IMG/VR virus record: IMGVR_UViG_3300025305_000082
Coordinates: 1-31,348 of that record
Reading direction: 5' to 3' (one strand)
Source of the DNA: a virus
Lineage: Duplodnaviria; Caudoviricetes
Length of the DNA stretch: 31,348 nucleotides
Shown here: in pieces, positions 1 to 6,979 of the stretch
Layout: every line of letters begins with the position of its first letter
How positions within the stretch are numbered: the stretch's first letter is position 1
Position numbers and translations under genes: made by a program
Notes under the pieces: model-generated
Told to the model about the DNA's origin: nothing
Databases searched by the model: none
The model's input: the letters and a program-made list of their open reading frames with translations, nothing else

Positions 1-522
1 CTTCCTAAAGGAACAGGAGCTTTTGTTGTTCAAGGAAATGCTGATCAAGGTGGAGAAATTAGACTTTATGAAGATACAGATCTTGGATCTTTTTACACAG
101 GATTTAAACCAGGCAATTTATCAGAAACTATATCTTATACTTTACCTTTAGCAGATGCCGGAACATCGGGCGATGCTTTAACATCCAATGCTTCAGGAGT
201 TTTATCATGGACAACGATGTCTGGTGGAACTTCTTGGCAAGCGGTGGATACAACAGGTTTTACTGCGGTTGCAGGTGAAGGGTATTTTTGTGATACGACT
301 TCAGCTGCTTTTACAGCTACACTTCCTGCGGGCACAATAGGAGATGAATGTTCTTTTATTGATTATGCAGGAACATTTGATACAAACAATTTAACTGTAG
401 CCCCTGATGGTTCGGAAAAAATTGAAGGTACAGCTGCTGACTTAACCGTTGCCGTTGAACGTGCTGCGTTTACTTTAGTTTTTACTGACACTACTCAAGG
501 CTGGCTATTAAAGGATAAATAA
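1..522 (+). CDS. Tail fibre / virion structural protein, C-terminal part (5' partial)
   Basis: Frame 1 is open from base 1 (LPKGTGAFVVQGNADQGGEIRLYEDTD...YTLPLADAGTSGDALTSNASGVLSW) into the tracked 217..522 ORF. The C-terminal GYFCDT..TLP..GD...DYAGTFDTNNLT...GW module is typical of phage fibre domains. Confidence 0.75.
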   Translation, partial: LPKGTGAFVVQGNADQGGEIRLYEDTDLGSFYTGFKPGNLSETISYTLPLADAGTSGDALTSNASGVLSWTTMSGGTSWQAVDTTGFTAVAGEGYFCDTTSAAFTATLPAGTIGDECSFIDYAGTFDTNNLTVAPDGSEKIEGTAADLTVAVERAAFTLVFTDTTQGWLLKDK

Positions 523-525
523 TCC

Positions 526-1554
526 ATGGCTACATATAAAGGTATACAGGGTTTTACAGTTCAGAGTCTATCATCTGATCCCACGGCAAGTTCCGGAACT
601 GTAGGAAAACTTTGGTATAATTCTGGTACAGGAAAATTTAGACTCGGAGTTGAAGGCGGTGGAGCCTGGGCTTCTGGGGGAGATCTAAGTACCGCTAGAG
701 GTATTGGGGGTATTGCAGGAACTCAAACGGCAGCTATTGTAGTAGGAGGATATGGATCTGCATCGGGCCCACCTCCCTTCTCTAATACTAATGTAACACA
801 AACTTATGATGGAAGTAGTTGGACTACTTCTCCTGCAACACTAGGTACTACCAGACGAACTCTAGCAGCATGTGGAACTACGACTGCGACTTTAGCTTTT
901 GGAGGAGATGCAAGACCTCCAGGTCTTCAAGCTGTGACTCTTACTGAAGATTATGATGGAAGTAGTTGGACGGAAGTTAATGCTATGAATACAGCAAAAA
1001 GTAAATTTGGTGGTGCAGGCACAAACACTGCAGGCTTAGCTTTTGGGGGAGAAGCAGCTGATGATTCTAAAATAGCTGCAACAGAAAAATTTGATGGTAC
1101 AAGTTGGACAGAAGTAAATGCTCTAAATACGGCTCGGCACAATGCAGGTTCGTGTGGAGTTCAAACTTCGGCTATGTTCTGTGGGGGAGGAGGCCCTAGC
1201 ATCCAGACTACGGTTGAAACATTTGATGGAACTTCTTGGACAACAGGAACTGCTATGACCACAGCTAGGGAATCTGGCGGCGCTTCAGGAGCAAGTAGTA
1301 CGGCGGCGATAGCATATGCAGGATATAATGGACCTCCTGGATATACAACTAATACAGAAGTTTGGGACGGAAGTTCTTGGACTGAAGTAGGTAATCTAGC
1401 AGTAACTAAATTTCAAGGGTATATGCAATCATCAGGCACCAGCGCTGCTTGTTTATGGGTAGGAGGTCAATTGCAGCCCCCAGCAATATATACTGCTGGA
1501 ACAGAAGAATTTAATAGTCCGAACTATACAACACAAACCGTGACAGTAAGTTAA
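526..1554 (+). CDS. Kelch-like six-bladed beta-propeller virion/tail-fibre protein (paralog 1)
   Basis: About 47-aa repeats with hydrophobic-GG ... [YFW]DGxSWT; Gly/Thr/Ala/Ser-rich; N-terminal MATYKGIQG..SDP..GKLWYNS module. Confidence 0.8.
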   Translation: MATYKGIQGFTVQSLSSDPTASSGTVGKLWYNSGTGKFRLGVEGGGAWASGGDLSTARGIGGIAGTQTAAIVVGGYGSASGPPPFSNTNVTQTYDGSSWTTSPATLGTTRRTLAACGTTTATLAFGGDARPPGLQAVTLTEDYDGSSWTEVNAMNTAKSKFGGAGTNTAGLAFGGEAADDSKIAATEKFDGTSWTEVNALNTARHNAGSCGVQTSAMFCGGGGPSIQTTVETFDGTSWTTGTAMTTARESGGASGASSTAAIAYAGYNGPPGYTTNTEVWDGSSWTEVGNLAVTKFQGYMQSSGTSAACLWVGGQLQPPAIYTAGTEEFNSPNYTTQTVTVS

Positions 1555-1568
1555 AAATGAATTATAAG
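1540..1568 (+). promoter_or_regulatory. Possible sigma70-type promoter
   Basis: GTGACA (1540-1545), 17-nt spacer, TATAAG (1563-1568), upstream of the strong RBS AGGAGG of the 1588 gene. Confidence 0.35.
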
Positions 1569-1587
1569 AAAATAAAAGGAGGAAACT

Positions 1588-1881
1588 ATGGCAAACATAT
1601 ATTGTGTAGCGAGTAACTGGGGGAAAGATTTCTTTACGCATGAAGATCGTAATGATTTCTATCTGTCCGGTCATCCTGCCAATGTTTGGGCAGTAGGTAA
1701 TAACCCTGCAGGTGTATCTTGGATCATCAGAGTAAATGGCAATGCAATGGTAAAATCAGAAGCACAGGCGCTTGTTGATGCTAACGTCGAAGAATCACAA
1801 GTTCTTTGGGATAATTGGTCTGACGAAGAGAAACTAGCTGCCCCTGGTACAAAAAGACCTGAAAAATATATATTACCATAG
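1588..1881 (+). CDS. Hypothetical phage protein in the tail-fibre island (97 aa)
   Basis: ORF with a strong RBS (AAGGAGGAAACTATG), lying between fibre paralogs. Confidence 0.75.
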   Translation: MANIYCVASNWGKDFFTHEDRNDFYLSGHPANVWAVGNNPAGVSWIIRVNGNAMVKSEAQALVDANVEESQVLWDNWSDEEKLAAPGTKRPEKYILP

Positions 1882-1890
1882 GAATTAATA

Positions 1891-2040
1891 ATGTCTACAT
1901 ATCTAAGTACTAAAGGTGTTAAGATTCAAAACCTCGCATCTGATCCCACTCTTATAGAGGGAGTGGTGTGGTATAATACAGCAACAAGTGTTTTAAAATT
2001 TTATAATGGATCATCAACTCAAACAGTGACAACAAGCTAA
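1891..2040 (+). CDS. 49-aa mini-paralog of the propeller fibres, anchor module only (not in ORF track)
   Basis: Translates as MSTYLSTKGVKIQNLASDPTLIEGVVWYNTATSVLKFYNGSSTQTVTTS*. AGGA upstream; TAATG overlap with the 2040 gene; matches both termini of the 526 and 2040 proteins. Confidence 0.85.
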   Translation: MSTYLSTKGVKIQNLASDPTLIEGVVWYNTATSVLKFYNGSSTQTVTTS

Positions 2041-3053
2041 TGGCAACTTACATAGGAATTAAAGGTGTTGAAATACAAACTATTGCGGGTGATCCAGCTA
2101 ATCCTCTCGTAGGACAAGTTTGGTACAATACAACAGCCAACACTTTAAAAGGATACGGAGCTCAAGGAACAGCAGCGTGGGCTAGTGGAGGAAGTCTAAA
2201 TCAATTTAAAGCTCTTATGATGGGAGCAGGAACACAGACAGCATTTATAATGGCAGGCGGGGGTGAAATGCCTCCTCCAGGTACTTGGAACACTCCTGTT
2301 GCTACTACAGAAACTTATGATGGTTCAACTTGGACAGAAGTAACTGATATGAATACGGCTCGAAGAGGAGCGGCACCATCAACAAGCGGAACTCAAACTG
2401 CAATGCTCGTAGCTGGTGGAACAGACGCTACCAGTCCCGGAATTGTAGGGACAGCTGAAACTTATGATGGTTCAACTTGGACAGAAATAACTGCTCTTGA
2501 TACAGCTCGAACTTATTTCGGAGGAGCAGGTACTTCAACGGCAGCTTTGGCTTATGGCGGTGGTGTAACCACAGGCACAGCTCTAACAGAATCATGGAAT
2601 GGAACGTCTTGGACAGAAGAAAATGCTCTTCAGACAGCTCGCTACGCTGGTGGATTTGGAGGGGGTACTCAAACAGCAGCTATGTGTATTGGGGGTGAAC
2701 CTGCCGTAGCTCTTGTTGAAACATTTGATGGAACTTCTTGGACAGAAGTAGGAGATTTAAATACTGGGAGACCACAAGCAGCGGCTGCTGTTTCATCTCC
2801 AGCGGCTGCTCTATATATGGGTGGTTCAGGAGCAGGTGAAGCTGTTACAGGCATTGTGGAAAGTTATGACGGATCCACTTGGACTGAAATTGCGGATCTT
2901 TCAACAGCTCGTCAAGCGCCAGGAGGTGGAGGAACATCTATTAATGCTCTTGTAGCAGGAGGAATGACAAGTAGGTCCGGCGCTGGTTCTGGAACAAATG
3001 TCTGTGAAGAATTTTCTACACCCGATGCCACTAAAACTTTTACTTCTTCATAA
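2040..3053 (+). CDS. Kelch-like six-bladed beta-propeller virion/tail-fibre protein (paralog 2)
   Basis: Same architecture as 526..1554: MATYIGIKG..GDP..GQVWYNT, YDGSTWTE repeats, C-terminal EEF...TKTFTSS. Confidence 0.8.
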   Translation: MATYIGIKGVEIQTIAGDPANPLVGQVWYNTTANTLKGYGAQGTAAWASGGSLNQFKALMMGAGTQTAFIMAGGGEMPPPGTWNTPVATTETYDGSTWTEVTDMNTARRGAAPSTSGTQTAMLVAGGTDATSPGIVGTAETYDGSTWTEITALDTARTYFGGAGTSTAALAYGGGVTTGTALTESWNGTSWTEENALQTARYAGGFGGGTQTAAMCIGGEPAVALVETFDGTSWTEVGDLNTGRPQAAAAVSSPAAALYMGGSGAGEAVTGIVESYDGSTWTEIADLSTARQAPGGGGTSINALVAGGMTSRSGAGSGTNVCEEFSTPDATKTFTSS

Positions 3054-3056
3054 TGC

Positions 3057-3084
3057 TTGAACTTTAGTTTAAAACAACTATATT
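3057..3084 (+). promoter_or_regulatory. Sigma70-type promoter candidate for the oxygenase cluster
   Basis: Intergenic TTGAAC (3057-3062), 16-nt spacer, TATATT (3079-3084). Confidence 0.5.
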
Positions 3085-3093
3085 AAGGAAAGA

Positions 3094-3777
3094 ATGGATA
3101 AAGACAGAAGAAATATTCAACCGCACGCTGATAAGGAAGTCAAACACCTTATGGTTTTACTTGATAGATCTCAGGCCTCTGAATTTAAAAAGATGGTTCC
3201 TGAACTTCAGGACAATTGGGTCAAAAAACAGATGTTTAGAACGGAAACTGAAATGCGTTTCTCGGTTCTCTCCGATAATAAATATGGAACGAACGCTGCC
3301 AAATACTGGCAATCGGTTCGGGAACAAAACACTCATTTTGAAAACCTGATGCAACTTTCATTTGAGTACCGAAAGAATGATATTGAAATTAAAAAGACCC
3401 AAAGAGATATTAAAAAAGAAAAGGACTCTTTAGAAAAAGAACTTAAACAAATTGAATTGGAAGAAAAACTTTATGGCCGAGCAAGTATGGAACTGGTAGC
3501 CAAAGCTAGAATGAGAGAAATTTCAAGCTGGTCTAAACTCAAGAAAGAATTTCACGATGGCAAGTTTGATGATCGAGACGTTAATACCCATCAAGCCGAA
3601 TCGTACATGCATCAACTGGAACAGAGGAAGTCAACCTTGACTGCAGGTTCTTCACAGCCTGAAATTTTCAATGTTCTAGGACAATTGGAAACGTTAAAAC
3701 GGGTAAGAAAATCAGGAGAACTAAAGTATGATGGTGCCAATCGAAAACGTATTTCTAAGAAACAAAAAACTTATTAA
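3094..3777 (+). CDS. Coiled-coil hypothetical phage protein (227 aa)
   Basis: Long ORF with a K/E-rich central heptad region and an RTETEMRFSVL...AAKYWQSVREQ block; function unknown. Confidence 0.75.
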   Translation: MDKDRRNIQPHADKEVKHLMVLLDRSQASEFKKMVPELQDNWVKKQMFRTETEMRFSVLSDNKYGTNAAKYWQSVREQNTHFENLMQLSFEYRKNDIEIKKTQRDIKKEKDSLEKELKQIELEEKLYGRASMELVAKARMREISSWSKLKKEFHDGKFDDRDVNTHQAESYMHQLEQRKSTLTAGSSQPEIFNVLGQLETLKRVRKSGELKYDGANRKRISKKQKTY

Positions 3778-3794
3778 GAAAGATCATCATTAAC

Positions 3795-4466
3795 ATGATG
3801 AAAGATACTAAATTTCCAGGGCTTAAACGTGAGATTTTATTTCCCACTCCTATTTATATAAAGGAACTTCAAAAGACAGAAGAATTAAACAAGAAACTTT
3901 TAAAAGATATTAAGGCATGGAAGAAAGAAGATCCAGAGGGTATTGAAAAAACTCACATTAAAAATGACCATAGCTCCCCCTTAATTTATTCCAATATTAA
4001 TGCTTGGCGTAGCAGTACCGATGTGCGACCCGCATTTCAACCATTAATTAATCAGCTGTATATTATGGTCGACCACATTTTTAAAGACCTGGGTTATCAA
4101 CCTAAAGTCGAACTTAGTACCATATGGACTAATATTAATTATCCAGGAGGATTTAATACCCACCATACTCATGCTAATTCAACAATGTCGGGGGTTTATT
4201 ATGTTAGAGTTCCCGTAGATGATCCCGAATGTTGTATTTGGGTAGAAGATCCTCGACCAGGTCCTAATTTAATTGCACCTAGAATTGTACACAATCTTCC
4301 ACGAGAACTTTGGAGAGTGGTACCCTATCCCCCTAAAGAAGGAATGGCTATCTTCTTTCCTTCATGGGTTGCTCATGGTGCTGGAATTAATAAATCAAAA
4401 TTAAAAGGAGAAAAAGGTTGGAGAATATCTGTTGCCTTTAATTTTACACAGGCAAATTGGGTATAA
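3795..4466 (+). CDS. Putative 2OG-Fe(II) oxygenase, TIGR02466-like
   Basis: LFPTPIY start, W-x-NIN, HTH..S..SGVYY, DPRP, FPSW..H and RISVAFN motifs. Confidence 0.85.
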   Translation: MMKDTKFPGLKREILFPTPIYIKELQKTEELNKKLLKDIKAWKKEDPEGIEKTHIKNDHSSPLIYSNINAWRSSTDVRPAFQPLINQLYIMVDHIFKDLGYQPKVELSTIWTNINYPGGFNTHHTHANSTMSGVYYVRVPVDDPECCIWVEDPRPGPNLIAPRIVHNLPRELWRVVPYPPKEGMAIFFPSWVAHGAGINKSKLKGEKGWRISVAFNFTQANWV

Positions 4467-4471
4467 ATAAA

Positions 4472-5122
4472 ATGCAATATGATTTTATATTTTTAGGTCA
4501 ATCGGTTTTAAAATACCAGGTACCTCTTGAAGTGTTTGTTGGACTCAACGAACTCTACGAAAACCAAAAGAAACATTTGCCTAATGCCACCAAGCAACTT
4601 TCTGGAAAGATTCCGGATGAAGTCTCTTTATTCTTTTCGGGGCCTAACACGGAAAAAATGCATCAACATAGTTATATTCCTGATGATATTTTAAAATGGT
4701 TCTATTCTATTTTTAAACATTATTTAGATTGGAATAAGATTGGTGAGTATCGCATGGATATTAATTCAATCTGGGTTAATGAAATGAAAGTAGGAGATTA
4801 TAATCCTGTACACATTCATCAAGGTAAACTTTATACAGGTTTATCTTCTGTAATGATTCTTAAACTTCCTAAAGATATGGGCCCGGAAATTATTAGACCC
4901 GATCAACCTCTGAATGGACAGCTTCAAATTCTAGGTAATGCAGCCGGACAATTTGTAACTTCAGACTACTCTCCTAAAATGAAAATTGGAGATTTTTATG
5001 TTTTCCCTTATGACGTGAGACATGTGGTTTATCCGATGACTAATAAAAAAGCCAAAAGAAGAACGCTCGTGTGTAATGTTGATGTTGAATATAATTCAGT
5101 ACAAACAAGGACAGCTCAATGA
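4472..5122 (+). CDS. Putative 2OG-Fe(II) oxygenase / cupin (TIGR02466-related)
   Basis: WVN...YNPVHIH...LSSV..LK.P, FP...H.VYP, RRTL..N. ATG 4472 preferred to the tracked TTG at 4457. Confidence 0.8.
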   Translation: MQYDFIFLGQSVLKYQVPLEVFVGLNELYENQKKHLPNATKQLSGKIPDEVSLFFSGPNTEKMHQHSYIPDDILKWFYSIFKHYLDWNKIGEYRMDINSIWVNEMKVGDYNPVHIHQGKLYTGLSSVMILKLPKDMGPEIIRPDQPLNGQLQILGNAAGQFVTSDYSPKMKIGDFYVFPYDVRHVVYPMTNKKAKRRTLVCNVDVEYNSVQTRTAQ

Positions 5123-5703
5123 TCTTTGAACCTAAATGGAAATCTTTAATGGCTAATACGGTGGGGCCTATTTTTACCCCTGCACAATGTCAGGATATTA
5201 TAAATATTGGTCATCAACAAAAAGCCGAGAAAGCTAAAGTAGGACATAAAGATAAGGCCGGTGGAAAGCACGATACTAAAATGCGTATTACCACTATCAG
5301 CTGGATTCCGTTTAAGGTGATGCCGGATATGTATAAAATTGTTGAAGGAAGTATGCAGCAGGCTAACCGTAATCATTTTGGTTATGAAGGAATGACTCTT
5401 ACTGAGCCTGCCCAATTTACTGAATATCCAAAAGGAGGATTTTATGACTGGCATATGGATGGTGATGTAAACTGTCACTATGAACCTCCCGTTAGAAAAA
5501 TATCCATGACGATTCTACTATCTCCTCAAAATGAATTTGAAGGAGGGGATTTAGAATTTATGAGTGAAGGTAATAAACCCCCTCAATTGATGCAAGGTCA
5601 AGCCATTTTTTTTAATAGCCTGATTCGTCACCGTGTGGCAAAAGTTAAAAAAGGGGTTAGACAGTCTTTAGTAATGTGGTTTGGAGGACCTCCATTTAAA
5701 TGA
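5119..5703 (+). CDS. 2OG-Fe(II) oxygenase, PKHD / prolyl-hydroxylase-like
   Basis: Y.WHMD (HxD), RKISMT, FEGGDL, HRV..V..G.R.SLV.W motifs. Confidence 0.9.
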   Translation: MIFEPKWKSLMANTVGPIFTPAQCQDIINIGHQQKAEKAKVGHKDKAGGKHDTKMRITTISWIPFKVMPDMYKIVEGSMQQANRNHFGYEGMTLTEPAQFTEYPKGGFYDWHMDGDVNCHYEPPVRKISMTILLSPQNEFEGGDLEFMSEGNKPPQLMQGQAIFFNSLIRHRVAKVKKGVRQSLVMWFGGPPFK

Positions 5704-6317
5704 ACCGAGAAATTCTGTTTCCTACTCCCATTTATATGAAGATGGTGAAAGATTCTAAAAAATTAAATCCATATTTATTTAAACATATTAAAGCCTGGAG
5801 TAAAAAATCTAAAAGCGAAACGAAAACCAATGCAGGCGGGGGCTGGCATAGTCCCACTAATATGAATAATAAAGCAGAATACCAACCCTTGCTTGATGAA
5901 CTTTTTGCCATGCAAGAAGAAGTTTATAAGGATTATGGAATGGCCCCTAAACCAGGTTTAGGCAATATGTGGGCTAATATTAATTACCCAGGCGCCTATA
6001 ATAAACAACACATCCATCCTAATTCTCAATGGTCCGGTGTGTATTATATAAAAGTTCCTAAAAATTCAGGACGTCTATTTGTGGAAGACCCGAGACCTGG
6101 ACCTAATATTATACTCCCTCGAAGAGTAGAAGATTTACCCAGAGCTTTATGGCGGGTCGTCGTTTATCCTGCTATAGAAGGCCAGATGATTATGTTTCCT
6201 GCATGGCTCCATCATGGTGTAGAAATAAATGAATCCCAAGAAAAAGGAGAAAAAGGATGGAGGGTTTCTGTCTCTTTTAATTTTATTCAAGTCAATGAAG
6301 AAGGAAAAGTAGGGTGA
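5700..6317 (+). CDS. Putative 2OG-Fe(II) oxygenase, TIGR02466-like (paralog of 3795 gene)
   Basis: LFPTPIY, WANIN, HIHPNS..SGVYY, DPRPG, FPAWL.H.V and RVSVSFN motifs. Confidence 0.87.
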   Translation: MNREILFPTPIYMKMVKDSKKLNPYLFKHIKAWSKKSKSETKTNAGGGWHSPTNMNNKAEYQPLLDELFAMQEEVYKDYGMAPKPGLGNMWANINYPGAYNKQHIHPNSQWSGVYYIKVPKNSGRLFVEDPRPGPNIILPRRVEDLPRALWRVVVYPAIEGQMIMFPAWLHHGVEINESQEKGEKGWRVSVSFNFIQVNEEGKVG

Positions 6318-6958
6318 GTTTTAAAACCAAAAAATACCAAGTGATTCGACAAGCTCTTTCCAAAGAGCTCGCTAACTTTATCTTTAATTATATGATGCTA
6401 CAACGAGACGCTGTAGATTTTATGATGAAAAATAATAAAGTGAATCCTCTTAATCCTTTTATTGGAAGACGTGATGATACACAGGTTCCAGGTTGCTATA
6501 CCAAATATGCAGACTGGGTCATGGAGACTTTACTTATGTATATGATTCCTGTCATGAAAGAGAAAACAGGAATGGAATTAGTTCCTACTTATACTTACAC
6601 ACGCCTCTATGAAAAAGGAAATATTTTAAGACGACATAAGGATCGACCGAGTTGTGAAATTTCTACCACTCTCCATTTAGGGGGAGATGAATGGCCTATC
6701 TTTTTAGATCCTACTGGAGCTAACTTTGTTATCGATGAATATAAACAAACCATTAAACCCGGAGCTCCTAAAGGAGTGCGAGTCGATTTAAAAGTAGGAG
6801 ACATGCTGATTTATTCTGGTTGCGAACTAGAGCATTGGCGAGAACCTTTCCAAGGAACGGTTTGTTCTCAAGTCTTTCTGCATTATAATCATGCAAATGG
6901 ACCCTTTGCTAAAACAAACCTTTTTGATAAACGCCCAATGCTGGGTATTCCTAAGTAG
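6314..6958 (+). CDS. 2OG-Fe(II) oxygenase (HKDRPSCEIS type)
   Basis: PTY.Y.R.Y..G..L.RHKDRPSCEISTT, GD...Y.G....HWRE, QVFLHY: an HxD...H triad. Confidence 0.82.
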   Translation: MSFKTKKYQVIRQALSKELANFIFNYMMLQRDAVDFMMKNNKVNPLNPFIGRRDDTQVPGCYTKYADWVMETLLMYMIPVMKEKTGMELVPTYTYTRLYEKGNILRRHKDRPSCEISTTLHLGGDEWPIFLDPTGANFVIDEYKQTIKPGAPKGVRVDLKVGDMLIYSGCELEHWREPFQGTVCSQVFLHYNHANGPFAKTNLFDKRPMLGIPK

Positions 6959-6979
6959 TTGATCTCCTCAACAATATAG

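Noticed and set aside
526-3053. Periodic DNA repeats as a CRISPR array
   Set aside because: They are in-frame propeller blade junctions about 140-150 nt apart, degenerate, and there are no cas genes.
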